Assembly (NCBI GenBank): GCA_965223705.1
Contig: OZ245015.1
Span: forward strand, 2,784,001 to 2,848,000
Reading direction: 5' to 3'
DNA from: Myxococcota bacterium
GTDB taxonomy: Bacteria > Myxococcota_A > UBA9160 > UBA6930
Length of the DNA stretch: 64,000 nt
Shown: positions 40,035-49,818 of the stretch, piece by piece
Layout: every line of letters starts with the position of its first letter
Position numbering within the stretch: position 1 is the stretch's first letter
Notes under the pieces: model-generated
Told to the model about the DNA's origin: nothing
What the model saw: only the letters and a program-made list of their open reading frames with translations
Databases searched by the model: none
Made by a program: the position numbers and the translations under genes

Positions 40035-40367
40035 ATGCCCGTGCGCCGCCTAGATGTAGCACTGAACGACTTCACTCCCGAGGAAATGACCTGGTGTCGC
40101 TCCCGAATCACGGCGCTTCGAATCATGCTCCCCGCCCTCGACCCCGTACTGCACTCGCTGATCCGCGCGATGGCCAACGAGCGCCGAGCGGACGGTGCGT
40201 ACCCGGACGAGCTCACACTCCCGCTCGAGAAAGCGAGCGTGGGCGAGCTCGAACTCGCTGCCGATCTGCTGGGCAGGCTCGCGGGAGCCGCGCGCGACGA
40301 GGAGCAACCGGGCCCCGCGAAGCTCCTCGACGCTCTCGTCGGTGAGGTGCGGGACGCCCTCGCTTAG
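40035..40367 (+). CDS. Hypothetical protein
   Basis: 110-aa helical ORF filling the gap between two minus-strand genes; its stop overlaps the nitroreductase stop. Confidence 0.6.
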   Translation: MPVRRLDVALNDFTPEEMTWCRSRITALRIMLPALDPVLHSLIRAMANERRADGAYPDELTLPLEKASVGELELAADLLGRLAGAARDEEQPGPAKLLDALVGEVRDALA

Positions 40368-41053
40368 TCTGGCCTGTCACCGTCGAAATCGAAGAACGTC
40401 GCGAACTCCTCAACCGGGCGACGCTCCGTGCGCAGCGCGTTGATCGGTGCCGTCTCGTCCTCCCAACCGATCGCCATGCCGCATACGAGGACCTCGTCGT
40501 CCGTAACCGGCAAGTGTTTGCGCACGGCTTTGTGAAACGGTGGCCAGGCGGCCTGGGGGCACGTGTGGAGCCCCTGGCCCCGCGCCGCCGTCATGACGTT
40601 TTGCAGGAACATGCCGTGATCGATCCAACTGCCGAGCTCGAGCGCGCGATCGATGAAGAAGAACAGGCCCACCGGCGCACCGAAGAAGCGAAAATTTTCG
40701 GCGTGCTGGGCGTGCATCTTGTCGTGTTGCCCGCGCTCGATCCCCAGGAGCCCGTACATCGCCCAGCCGACTTTCCGACGGCGCTCCTTGTAGGCCGGCG
40801 GGAACTCGTCGGGGTAGTACGGGTATTCGGGTTCGCGCGTTTCGGGCCCCCCACGGTGGAGCTCCAACGCATCGCGGGTGATCGCGTCCTTCGTGTCGCC
40901 GCGGACAACGAATACGCGCCATGGCTGCATGTTCGTCCCACTCGGCGCTCGGGACGCGATTCGCAGAATATGCGCCAGCGTTTCCCGGGGCACCGGGCGA
41001 TCGAGAAAGGCGCGCACCGAGCGGCGGGTCGCGATGGCGTGATCCGTATCCAC
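40364..41053 (-). CDS. Nitroreductase family protein
   Basis: RRSVRAF, APSGTNMQPW, FFGAP and GLHTCPQ motifs. Confidence 0.92.
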   Translation of the reverse strand: MDTDHAIATRRSVRAFLDRPVPRETLAHILRIASRAPSGTNMQPWRVFVVRGDTKDAITRDALELHRGGPETREPEYPYYPDEFPPAYKERRRKVGWAMYGLLGIERGQHDKMHAQHAENFRFFGAPVGLFFFIDRALELGSWIDHGMFLQNVMTAARGQGLHTCPQAAWPPFHKAVRKHLPVTDDEVLVCGMAIGWEDETAPINALRTERRPVEEFATFFDFDGDRPD

Positions 41054-41108
41054 AGGCTTCTCCTCTGCGGCGGGCAGCGTAGCGGAGGCGTCGCGTTATG
41101 GTTCCCGC

Positions 41109-42041
41109 ATGTCTGAGAAGCCACCCGAAGTCTTGCCGCCCATCGAGCCGCCGAACGAACGCGTTCGAGTCGACATGCCCGACGGTGCGTCCATCGAGCT
41201 GCGAAGACACGGCAACCCCGACGGGCCCCGAGTGCTCGTATCCCATGGCAACGGTTTCGCGACCGACGGATACTGGCCCTTCTGGCGGCACTTGACCGCC
41301 GACTACGATCTCGTGATCTACGATCAGCGCAATCACGGCCAAAATCCGCGGCACCGCCTCGAGAACCATCGTGTGGCCCGCATGGCCGAAGACCTCGAGC
41401 TCCTGCTCCAAACCATCGGCGACCGGTTCGGCGAGAGGCCCGTGCGCGGCGTGTTCCACTCGCTCTCGGCGATTGTGAGCGTCGTCCACGCTTCGCGCTT
41501 CCGATGGCCGTGGGAGGCGCTGGTCCTCGTCGACCCGCCGTTTTGTCCGGCTCCTGACGATCCGCTCCGCCCGCGTTCCCTCGCTGAAGAAGGCGAGCTA
41601 TCCGAACGTGCCGCCAAGCGACGGAACGGGTTCGACACGCCCGACGATCTGGCGAAGCGACTCGAGGAAGGGCTCGGACACTGGGTCCCCGGTGCGCCGG
41701 CGTGCATGGCGCGCGCGATACTTCGCCCGAGTGAGGGAGCCGAGGAAGCCTTCGAGCTGTCGTGCCCGGGCGCTTTCGAATCGCGGATCTTCGCCGACAA
41801 CTCGAGCTTGAACCTCACGCCCATTTTGAAAGAGCTCCCCGACTGCATCCTCTACTTGTGCGCTGATCCCGAGGCGCCGCCCAAGGCGATGCCCGGCATC
41901 GTGAACCGCGCCCTTCACGAGCGTTACGGCCTCCGCTACGAGGCTGTCGCGGGCGCGACGCACATGCTCCAGCTCGAACGCCCCGAGCACGCCGCCGACC
42001 GGGTCCGCGCGTTTTTCGGCGCCGTTGGTTTCGAGGTATGA
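41109..42041 (+). CDS. Alpha/beta hydrolase
   Basis: HGNGF, DQRNHG, FHSLS nucleophile elbow and THMLQLE.P motifs. Confidence 0.85.
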   Translation: MSEKPPEVLPPIEPPNERVRVDMPDGASIELRRHGNPDGPRVLVSHGNGFATDGYWPFWRHLTADYDLVIYDQRNHGQNPRHRLENHRVARMAEDLELLLQTIGDRFGERPVRGVFHSLSAIVSVVHASRFRWPWEALVLVDPPFCPAPDDPLRPRSLAEEGELSERAAKRRNGFDTPDDLAKRLEEGLGHWVPGAPACMARAILRPSEGAEEAFELSCPGAFESRIFADNSSLNLTPILKELPDCILYLCADPEAPPKAMPGIVNRALHERYGLRYEAVAGATHMLQLERPEHAADRVRAFFGAVGFEV

Positions 42042-42099
42042 TCGCCACGACGCACCGGCAATCCCCAGGCGGAAGCCTCAACGAACGGGAAGGAACAAC

Positions 42100-42948
42100 A
42101 TGCTCCAGTGGAAAATCGGCGACACGAAGATCACGCAGTTGATCGAGATGACGGCTTCTGGCGGTGAGCTCGAGGTCTTGCCGGATGCGACGCCTTCGGG
42201 TCTATCGGAGATGCCTTGGCTGAAGCCCAACTTCGTCTCTCCGGAAGACAACCTGATCCTCAACATCCAGATGCTGATCATCGAGACACCGTCTCGCAAA
42301 ATGGTCGTCGACACGTGCATCGGCAACGACAAGGCTTTGAACATCGAAGACTGGGCCAACCTCCAGTTGCCCTTCATGGACGACTTGAAGAAGCTCGGCC
42401 ACGATCCGGACTCGATCGACACTGTTATCTGCACGCACCTTCACGTCGACCACGTGGGTTGGAACACCAAGAAAGTCAACGACAAGTGGGTGCCGTCTTT
42501 CCCGAACGCGCGATACCTCATCGTGGAGGAAGAATTCGCTTTCTGGCGCGATCTCGAGGAAGATCCGTTCGGAGACGTCTTCGGCGAATCGGTGAAGCCC
42601 GTCTTCGACGCAGGACTCGTCGACCTCGTGAAGAACGATCACCAAGTCGGAGACGGTGTCTGGTTCGAATCGACGCCGGGACACACCCCGGGCCACGTCA
42701 GCGTGCGCATCAGCTCGGGCGGAGAGGACGCCGTCATCACCGGCGACATGATGCATCACCCGTGTCAGATCGGGCGACCCGACTGGGTGACGCCCTTTGA
42801 CGCGGACAACGACGCGGCGCGGACCACCCGCCGGCAGTTCCTCGAGCGCTACGCCGACAAGCCGGTGCTGGTCTTGGGCACACACTTCGCCGACCCGGTG
42901 GGCGGCAAGATCGTGCGCGACGGAGACACGTATCGTTTCGACGTCTAG
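42100..42948 (+). CDS. MBL-fold metallo-hydrolase
   Basis: THLHVDHVG, TPGHTPGH, GDMMHH and GTHF motifs. Confidence 0.92.
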   Translation: MLQWKIGDTKITQLIEMTASGGELEVLPDATPSGLSEMPWLKPNFVSPEDNLILNIQMLIIETPSRKMVVDTCIGNDKALNIEDWANLQLPFMDDLKKLGHDPDSIDTVICTHLHVDHVGWNTKKVNDKWVPSFPNARYLIVEEEFAFWRDLEEDPFGDVFGESVKPVFDAGLVDLVKNDHQVGDGVWFESTPGHTPGHVSVRISSGGEDAVITGDMMHHPCQIGRPDWVTPFDADNDAARTTRRQFLERYADKPVLVLGTHFADPVGGKIVRDGDTYRFDV

Positions 42949-44318
42949 CGGTTCGCCAGAGCCGGATCCGGAGCTTCGGGGAGCCGCTCGAGCTGCTTTT
43001 CGAGCTCCGCGTCCGGCAACGCGACATCGACCATGTCTTCGGAGAGGAAGCGCTCATACGCGCTCAAATCGAAATGGCCGTGGCCTGAAAGATTAAAGAG
43101 CAGGCACGCGTCGCGGCCGGTTTCGCGACACCGAAGCGCTTCATCGATGACGGCCTTGACCGCGTGCGCGGATTCCGGCGCCGGCAGAATGCCCTCCGTG
43201 CGCGTAAAGAGAAGCGCCGCTTCGAAGATCTCGCGCTGATCGTACGCGCGCGCTCCGACCAAACCCGTGTGACACAGGCCCGAAACCAGAGGGCTCATGC
43301 CGTGGTAGCGCAGGCCGCCGGCGTGGATCCCGGCGGGCACGAAGTCGTGGCCGAGAGTGAACATGGCGGAAAGTGGCGTAAGACCGGCGAGATCTCCAAA
43401 GTCGTAGGCGTAGCGCCCGCGTGTGAGGGTCGGACAAGCCGTCGGCTCGACGGTCAAGAAATCGATTTCTTGGCCCGCGAGCCGATCGGCGACGAACGGC
43501 GCCGCGATCCCTGCAAAGTTCGATCCCCCACCGGCGCACGCAATCACCATATCGGCGCGCTCTCCGACGCTTGCGAGTTGCTCGCGCGCCTCGAGACCGA
43601 CGACGCTCTGGTGCAAGCACACGTGATGAAGGACGCTCCCCAGCGCGTAGTGCGTGTCGTCGTTCGTCGCGGCGACTTCCACCGCTTCGCTGATCGCGAT
43701 CCCCAGCGAGCCCGTGGAATCGGGGTCGCGACGGAGGACGTCGCGACCGGCCCGGGTCTCGGCCGACGGCGAGGAAACGACCGACGCCCCCCAGGTTTGC
43801 ATGAGCGTTCGTCGGTAGGGCTTCTGGTCGTAGCTCACGCGCACCATGTAGACCCGGCACTCGAGCCCAAACAGGTTCGAGGCGAACGCGAGGCTCGAGC
43901 CCCACTGCCCCGCTCCGGTTTCCGTCGCCAGCGCCGCGACACCCTCCTTCGCATTGTAGTAAGCCTGCGGTACCGCGGAGTTCGGTTTGTGGGAGCCCGC
44001 CGGACTCACCGACTCGTTCTTGTAGTAGATCCTCGCCGGCGTCCCGAGCGCCTCTTCCAGAAACCTCGCTCGAACGAGCGGCGTCGGCCGCCAGATTGCA
44101 AGCTTCTCCCGGACGGGTTCCGGAATCTCGATCCAGCGCTCATTCGATACTTCCTGCTCGATGAGCGCGTGCGCGAACAGGGGCGCTAGATCTTCGGCGC
44201 GGAGCGGCTCTCCGGTTCCGGGGTGGAGGTAGGGCGGAATGGCTTCCGGGAGGTCGGCGCGCAGGTTGTACCACGCCGTCGGCAGTTTCTCCGCGGGCAG
44301 CGAGATGTGTCGGTCCAT
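42945..44318 (-). CDS. trpB2: Tryptophan synthase beta chain, TrpB2 type
   Basis: GSHKPN (PLP Lys), TETGAGQWG, GSLGIAISEA, GGGSN and HAGGLRYHG; standalone, with no trpA nearby. Confidence 0.92.
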   Translation of the reverse strand: MDRHISLPAEKLPTAWYNLRADLPEAIPPYLHPGTGEPLRAEDLAPLFAHALIEQEVSNERWIEIPEPVREKLAIWRPTPLVRARFLEEALGTPARIYYKNESVSPAGSHKPNSAVPQAYYNAKEGVAALATETGAGQWGSSLAFASNLFGLECRVYMVRVSYDQKPYRRTLMQTWGASVVSSPSAETRAGRDVLRRDPDSTGSLGIAISEAVEVAATNDDTHYALGSVLHHVCLHQSVVGLEAREQLASVGERADMVIACAGGGSNFAGIAAPFVADRLAGQEIDFLTVEPTACPTLTRGRYAYDFGDLAGLTPLSAMFTLGHDFVPAGIHAGGLRYHGMSPLVSGLCHTGLVGARAYDQREIFEAALLFTRTEGILPAPESAHAVKAVIDEALRCRETGRDACLLFNLSGHGHFDLSAYERFLSEDMVDVALPDAELEKQLERLPEAPDPALANR

Positions 44319-44345
44319 CAACGAGATCCCTTCGGCGCCCTTCGC

Positions 44346-45155
44346 CTAGCGGTCCGAATTACGCGGACGAAAAAGGCCTTCTTGAGCGACCGTAGCAACG
44401 TGGGAGCCAGACTGGCTAAACACGCGCCCACTCGCCAAGCCGCGTACCCCGTCGAAGTTTCTCCCGATGAGATCGAGCAGGAGCCAGTCCGTCGCACGAG
44501 TCGAACGGTGGAACCAAATCGCGTGGTCGAGGCTCACGGAAACGTGCTCGTCGCTCCATTGACCCGCTTCGGGGGGTGCGGGATGCGCCGCGACCGCCGC
44601 ATCGATCGGGCTCAGATCCGTTAGGTAGGCGACGGCGCAGGCGTCGAGGCGCGGATCGTCTTCGAGCTCCCCCGGAAACTGCACCCAAGTCGCCACCCTC
44701 GGCGGATCGTTCGAAAAGACGGTGTCGCGCCGCTCGATACCGGCGTCCCAGCGCCCCGGCACATCGTCGGGCCCGGGCAGGTCGCCGGGGAAGCTCGCGC
44801 TCGCGCCACGGGGACCGCTCTCGTCGACGTGAAACGAGCATATCAGCGTCAAAATGTCTCCGAAGGACTGCCGCGCGGTCACCTGCCGGGTCGCGAAGGA
44901 ACGACCGTCGCGGACCCTCGCGACGCTGTAGCGGATCGGCTCCTGCAGAGAACAGGCCCGCACGAAATACGCGTGGAGTGAATGCGGCGACAGGGTTTCC
45001 GGCACGGTGTGAGTCGCCGCCCACAGAGCCTGGGCCACGACCAGACCCCCGTAGCCAAAACCCCAGGCGTAAGGCGGACTCTTTCCCTCGAAGACGTCCT
45101 CCTCGCGGAACGCGAGGTTGAATATTTCCGATAGATCGAGCGGGCCTTGGTCCAT
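44346..45155 (-). CDS. tesB: Acyl-CoA thioesterase II family
   Basis: YGGLVVAQAL, HSLHAYF, RDGRSF, SLDHAIWFH and VAQEG motifs. Confidence 0.88.
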   Translation of the reverse strand: MDQGPLDLSEIFNLAFREEDVFEGKSPPYAWGFGYGGLVVAQALWAATHTVPETLSPHSLHAYFVRACSLQEPIRYSVARVRDGRSFATRQVTARQSFGDILTLICSFHVDESGPRGASASFPGDLPGPDDVPGRWDAGIERRDTVFSNDPPRVATWVQFPGELEDDPRLDACAVAYLTDLSPIDAAVAAHPAPPEAGQWSDEHVSVSLDHAIWFHRSTRATDWLLLDLIGRNFDGVRGLASGRVFSQSGSHVATVAQEGLFRPRNSDR

Positions 45156-45262
45156 CAAAGCAGGGTACAGAACCACCGTGAAGAGCCGTCACACCGCTAC
45201 TCAAAATGCGCTACCCGTCGGAGTCCCGGGCGGACGCCCCGCTTCGGCGCAAGGAGATATCG

Positions 45263-45580
45263 ATGGAATTCCTTTTTATCGGCGACATCGTCAAGCCCGA
45301 CGGCATGAGCGACAAAGAGTTCTTCAAGGTTTGGCAAAAAGAGTCCGAGGCGGCGGTCGCCGGCCTCGACTCGGGCGGCATCAAAGCCCTGTGGAAGGCC
45401 GCGGGTCGATACCAAGTGATCGGGGTCTTCGATTTCCCGGACGCCGACACGATGGACGCGGCGTTTCACCAGTTGCCGATCTGGGCGATGGGCCACCACG
45501 AGATGGTGCAGAACACGCAGCTGATCCCACTGCGCGACTATCGGAACTGGGCCAAAGACCTGGTCGGACTCGCGAGCTAG
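45263..45580 (+). CDS. Muconolactone delta-isomerase family protein
   Basis: MEFL..E..A..G..LWK.AGRY..IGVF..LP pattern; AAGGAG RBS. Confidence 0.7.
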   Translation: MEFLFIGDIVKPDGMSDKEFFKVWQKESEAAVAGLDSGGIKALWKAAGRYQVIGVFDFPDADTMDAAFHQLPIWAMGHHEMVQNTQLIPLRDYRNWAKDLVGLAS

Positions 45581-45590
45581 TCGCTGGGCC

Positions 45591-45619
45591 GCGTTCGGGA
45601 GGCGGAGCCTCCCGAACGC
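45591..45619. terminator. Perfect hairpin between convergent genes
   Basis: GCGTTCGGGAGGC-GGA-GCCTCCCGAACGC (13-bp stem); no U-tract. Confidence 0.6.
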
Positions 45620-46318
45620 CTAGGACGCGCCGCGCGGGACGAGATCGCTTGATCGCTCGTAACGCCAGCCACCCTCGAGCATCCACACCCGATGGCGCGG
45701 CCCGGGCTGATCGAGGTCACCCCCCGCAAAAGCGGCGTCTTCGCTGAGAATCGACACCACCCCGCCGGGCACCTTCGCGGTGCGCGGTAGATGACGCGGG
45801 ACTTCGCGCTGGCGGAAAGCTGCGAACGTTTCGTCGACGCCCGCAAACTCGGCGAGCCAGTGACTCGTGACGTAGGTCGGCGCGGGCAACTCCATCTCGC
45901 CCTTCGCCTGTGCCGTGAGCGCATCGGCGGGTCGCAACCAGCGATGATCGTGAATTTCGCCGCCGTCGATCGTGACTTCGCCCGAGCCCGCCGGTGCGAG
46001 GAAAAACCAGGTCCGAAAACGCTTGGGACGCACCGGGGGGGTGGTCCACTCCGCGATCTCCAGCATGGTCTCGGGAGCCGTAGCGACACCCGCTTCCTCG
46101 TGGGCTTCGCGCGCGGCCGCTCGCCTCGCTGCGGCCTCGAGATCATCCGGCTCACTCGAGAAGTCGGCCGGGTCGATTCGACCACCGGGGTACACCCACG
46201 CCCCGCCGTGGAACGCGAGCTTTGCGTTTCGCTGCACGTAGAGAACTTCGAGGCCCTGGGACCCGTCGCGTACCAGGAGCACGGTCGCCGCGAGAAAAAT
46301 CTGCGATTCGTCTGCCAT
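45620..46318 (-). CDS. NUDIX hydrolase
   Basis: AATVLLVRD, YPGGRID..AAREAHEEAG and WTTP..KRFRTWFF motifs. Confidence 0.9.
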   Translation of the reverse strand: MADESQIFLAATVLLVRDGSQGLEVLYVQRNAKLAFHGGAWVYPGGRIDPADFSSEPDDLEAAARRAAAREAHEEAGVATAPETMLEIAEWTTPPVRPKRFRTWFFLAPAGSGEVTIDGGEIHDHRWLRPADALTAQAKGEMELPAPTYVTSHWLAEFAGVDETFAAFRQREVPRHLPRTAKVPGGVVSILSEDAAFAGGDLDQPGPRHRVWMLEGGWRYERSSDLVPRGAS

Positions 46319-46388
46319 CTGGTGAGCCTAGCCTTCTAACGGCCCGAAAACAGCTGACACCGGCAGGGACGTCCTCGATACTGGTCAG

Positions 46389-47441
46389 ATGCCTGGAGAA
46401 GAACGGATCGGAAAACCCCTCGAGCGCGTGTTGCGGGGTTTTGAACAAGTTCAAGAGCATCTGCTCTTTCACCAGGCGGGGGCGGCGCAAACCGACCTCC
46501 ACGTCGCGGTGGGGGAGCCCCTGGACGAGCTCGTGCGTTGGCTCGACGAAGCTGGAGATGACCCGCTCTGCCGAGACCTTCGCGAACCGATCGATTCGCT
46601 CGTCGAAGCGAAAGAAGCGTTCCTTCGCCGCGACCGCGATTTCTCGCTGTCGTTTTTCGCGATGCGTCGGAGTTTTTCGCGCGCGCTGCCCCTCCTGTAC
46701 GCAATGCGAGAGCGCATCCCCTCCTTGCGTCCCTACTGGTTCGAAGAGCAAGCGCTCCCTCGAGCAGACACCCTCGAAGCCATCTCCGCAGATCCCGAGA
46801 CGGTGGGACTGCGAGCCTGGGAACGCACGGACGAGCGCGCGGAATACGCGATGTATGTCCCGGAAACCTACACGCCCGATCGCAGCTGGCCCCTTATCGT
46901 ATGTCTCCACGGCGGCTACGGGCGCGAAGACGAATACCTCTGGTCGTGGATGCGAACGGCGAAGAGCCATGCGCAGATCGTGTTGTCAGCGAAGTCGAAG
47001 AGCTCCACTTGGTCGTTCGCGATTCCCGACCAGGATTTCGCTTCCGTTCTCGCGATGCTCGACGAGGTCGAGGAACGGTTCGCCGTAGAACGCGACCGGA
47101 TTCTGCTCACCGGCTTGTCCGACGGCGGGACGTTCACGTACCTCCTCGGCCTTCGGCACGCGAATCGATTTTCGGCTCTAGCGCCGATTGCCGCGGCCGG
47201 CTTCCACCCGATGCTCGATGTCCTCTTGCGCGAAGGAGCCGGCAAGGAGCTCCCGATCCATCTCGTGCACGGTGTCCACGATCCGATTTTTCCCGTCGCT
47301 ACGGCGCGCGCGACGCATCAACTGCTCGAAGCGATCCACTACCGGGCGACGTACACGGAGCTTCCTGACTGGGGGCACGCCATCCCCTACTCGATTCACG
47401 AGCGGATCATCTTTCCCTGGTTCGCTGGGCTCGGTGAATAG
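46389..47441 (+). CDS. Phospholipase/carboxylesterase-family hydrolase
   Basis: PLIVCLHGG, GLSDGG, HGVHD and WGH motifs. Confidence 0.85.
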   Translation: MPGEERIGKPLERVLRGFEQVQEHLLFHQAGAAQTDLHVAVGEPLDELVRWLDEAGDDPLCRDLREPIDSLVEAKEAFLRRDRDFSLSFFAMRRSFSRALPLLYAMRERIPSLRPYWFEEQALPRADTLEAISADPETVGLRAWERTDERAEYAMYVPETYTPDRSWPLIVCLHGGYGREDEYLWSWMRTAKSHAQIVLSAKSKSSTWSFAIPDQDFASVLAMLDEVEERFAVERDRILLTGLSDGGTFTYLLGLRHANRFSALAPIAAAGFHPMLDVLLREGAGKELPIHLVHGVHDPIFPVATARATHQLLEAIHYRATYTELPDWGHAIPYSIHERIIFPWFAGLGE

Positions 47442-47470
47442 CGAACCTCCCCCCTCGTCCAAGGAACGTT

Positions 47471-48145
47471 ATGAAGCACCGAAACGCCGGCGTGGCCGGC
47501 ACGACCGTCGTCCTCCTCCTCCTCGGGGCGGTGCTCGCTACGGCGGGCATCACGTATTGGGTGTTGCGGAGCACGATCTATCCCAAACCGTTTCAGCCGG
47601 TGACGCTCGCCCCAGTCGAACAGCGAGCCCTCGACCAGAAGCTCCGCGCACTCGGTGTTGACTGGACCGTGGCAGACACAACGACAGCCGAGGCGCCCCT
47701 CAGCGAGCGCCCCGCGCCGCTCGAGCCCGAACCCTACGCCGAGGATCCGGAGCGGCGCGAGATCGCGCTGAGCGAGCGCGAGCTCAACGGGATCCTCGCC
47801 CACAACACCGACCTCGCCCATCGGGTCGCAATCGATCTATCGGAGGATCTCGCCAGTGCGAAGGTCCTTCTTCCTATGGACCCGGACCTGCCCTTCGTCG
47901 GCGGCAAGACGCTGAAGCTGAACGCCGGTCTGCACCTCGCCTTTCGCGACGGGCAGCCGATCGTTCAGCTTCGCGGAATCAGCGTCATGGGCGTGCCGTT
48001 GCCGAACGCCTGGCTCGGAAATTTGAAGAACGTGGATCTCATCCGCGAATTCGGCGACGAACCCGGCTTCTGGAAGAGCTTTGCCGACGGGATCGAGCTC
48101 ATGGACGTGCGAGACGGATCCCTGCTCGTCAAGCTCCGCGAATAG
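47471..48145 (+). CDS. Membrane-anchored hypothetical protein
   Basis: N-terminal TM segment, LSERELNG motif and beta-rich body; AAGGA RBS. Confidence 0.75.
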   Translation: MKHRNAGVAGTTVVLLLLGAVLATAGITYWVLRSTIYPKPFQPVTLAPVEQRALDQKLRALGVDWTVADTTTAEAPLSERPAPLEPEPYAEDPERREIALSERELNGILAHNTDLAHRVAIDLSEDLASAKVLLPMDPDLPFVGGKTLKLNAGLHLAFRDGQPIVQLRGISVMGVPLPNAWLGNLKNVDLIREFGDEPGFWKSFADGIELMDVRDGSLLVKLRE

Positions 48146-48148
48146 CCG

Positions 48149-49753
48149 CTACGCCGACGAAGCGAAGTGTCGGGCGCTGCTCGACCGCCAGAGATCGTGC
48201 AGCGAGCTCTTCCCCGCGCCTTCCAACAGCTCGCCCGGCTGCACGTCCGGGTACAGCCGTTCCATCGAATGGATCTCCCAAGGGCTGACCCGGAGATAGA
48301 GATGACTCCGTTTGAGCTCGGACGGGTGCGTGAGACCCGCAGCACCCAGAACCTCGGCGAACGCCTTGACTGTGTTGCGATGAAACGCCGCGACGCGGCG
48401 CGCTTTCTCATCGACGACGAGTGCACGGACCAGTGCCGGATCTTGCGTCGCGACGCCGACGGGACAGACGTTGCGATGGCACTGTTGCGCTTGAATACAG
48501 CCGAGCGCGAACATGAAGCCCCGCGCGGAACTCACCGTATCCGCACCCAGGGCAACCGCCGCCGCCATGTCGAAGCTCGTCACGAGTTTCGCACTCGCGA
48601 TGATGCGGACGCGTTCGCGCAGTCCCGCGCCGACCAATGTATTGCGCACGAAGACGATCGCGTCTTTCACCGGCATCCCCATCGAATCCGAGAACTCGAT
48701 GGGTGCAGCGCCGGTTCCACCTTCTCCGCCATCGACTGCGATGAAGTCCGGAGCGATCCCGGTCTCGACCATTGCCCGCGCGAGGGCCATCAAGTCGCGG
48801 GGGTCCCCCACGGAAAACTTCACGCCGACGGGCTTTCCGGAAGCCAGCTCCCGCAAGCGTCCGACGAACTCGAGGAGGCCCACAGGCGTATCGAACTCCG
48901 GGTGAAAAGGCGGTGACACACAATCGCGACCCTTGGAAATTCCGCGCGCCGCGGCGATCTCGTCGTTGATCTTCACGGCGGGGAGGATCCCTCCGTGGCC
49001 GGGCTTTGCACCCTGGGAAAGTTTCAGCTCGATCATCTTCACGTTGTCCCGCGCCGCCGTCTCGCGGAATGCGTCGGCGTCGAAGCGGCCATCCGATCGC
49101 CGACACCCGAAGTAGGCGGTTCCCAGTTGCCAGACCAGGTCGCCTAAAGCCTCTTCGTGGTAGCGACTCACCCCTCCCTCACCGGTATTGTGGAAGAAGC
49201 CCCCTTCGCGGGCGCCGCGATTCAGCGCCGCGATGGCGCGGCTCGACAACGATCCGAAACTCATGGCCGAGATGTTGAAGATCGACCCCGAGTAAGGCTT
49301 GCCGGAAGGTTCGCCAAAGTCCACACGCAGGTTCCGTGCGGGATCGTCGACGGGCTCGGTCGGCGCCATCGAGTGGACGAACCAGCCGTGACCTTCCTCG
49401 TAGACGTCTCGTTCCGTCCCGAACGGTTTCTTGTCGAGGACGCCTTTCGCACGCTGGTACATCAGCGACCGTTGATCGCGATTGAAAGGGCGACCCTCGG
49501 TGTTGTGTTCCACCAAGTACTGCCGGAGCTCCGGACCGACACCCTCGAGGAGAAAGCGCAAATGCCCGATCACCGGGTGAGAGCGCAGGATGCTGTGCCG
49601 TTCCTGTAGCAGGTCGTGAGCAGCGACACCCAGGAGAGCGAGCGCGACAACGAGCGCCCAACGCGCCGTCGGCCAATAAAAGGTTGCGAGAGCAGAGATG
49701 AGGGCGAAGCTGATGAGGCCGGGGAGCACCCAGGCGCGGATCTGATGGATCAT
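48149..49753 (-). CDS. FMN-binding glutamate synthase family protein
   Basis: ISAMSFGSLS, NTGEGG, KLSQGAKPGHGG, DGGEGGTGA and GCIQAQQCHRNVCPVGVATQ motifs. Confidence 0.93.
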   Translation of the reverse strand: MIHQIRAWVLPGLISFALISALATFYWPTARWALVVALALLGVAAHDLLQERHSILRSHPVIGHLRFLLEGVGPELRQYLVEHNTEGRPFNRDQRSLMYQRAKGVLDKKPFGTERDVYEEGHGWFVHSMAPTEPVDDPARNLRVDFGEPSGKPYSGSIFNISAMSFGSLSSRAIAALNRGAREGGFFHNTGEGGVSRYHEEALGDLVWQLGTAYFGCRRSDGRFDADAFRETAARDNVKMIELKLSQGAKPGHGGILPAVKINDEIAAARGISKGRDCVSPPFHPEFDTPVGLLEFVGRLRELASGKPVGVKFSVGDPRDLMALARAMVETGIAPDFIAVDGGEGGTGAAPIEFSDSMGMPVKDAIVFVRNTLVGAGLRERVRIIASAKLVTSFDMAAAVALGADTVSSARGFMFALGCIQAQQCHRNVCPVGVATQDPALVRALVVDEKARRVAAFHRNTVKAFAEVLGAAGLTHPSELKRSHLYLRVSPWEIHSMERLYPDVQPGELLEGAGKSSLHDLWRSSSARHFASSA

Positions 49754-49818
49754 GCGCGGAGGTTAGGGACCCCGACCACCTTCCGGCAAAGGCCATACCG
49801 CCGCGCTATGAAGTCCTC

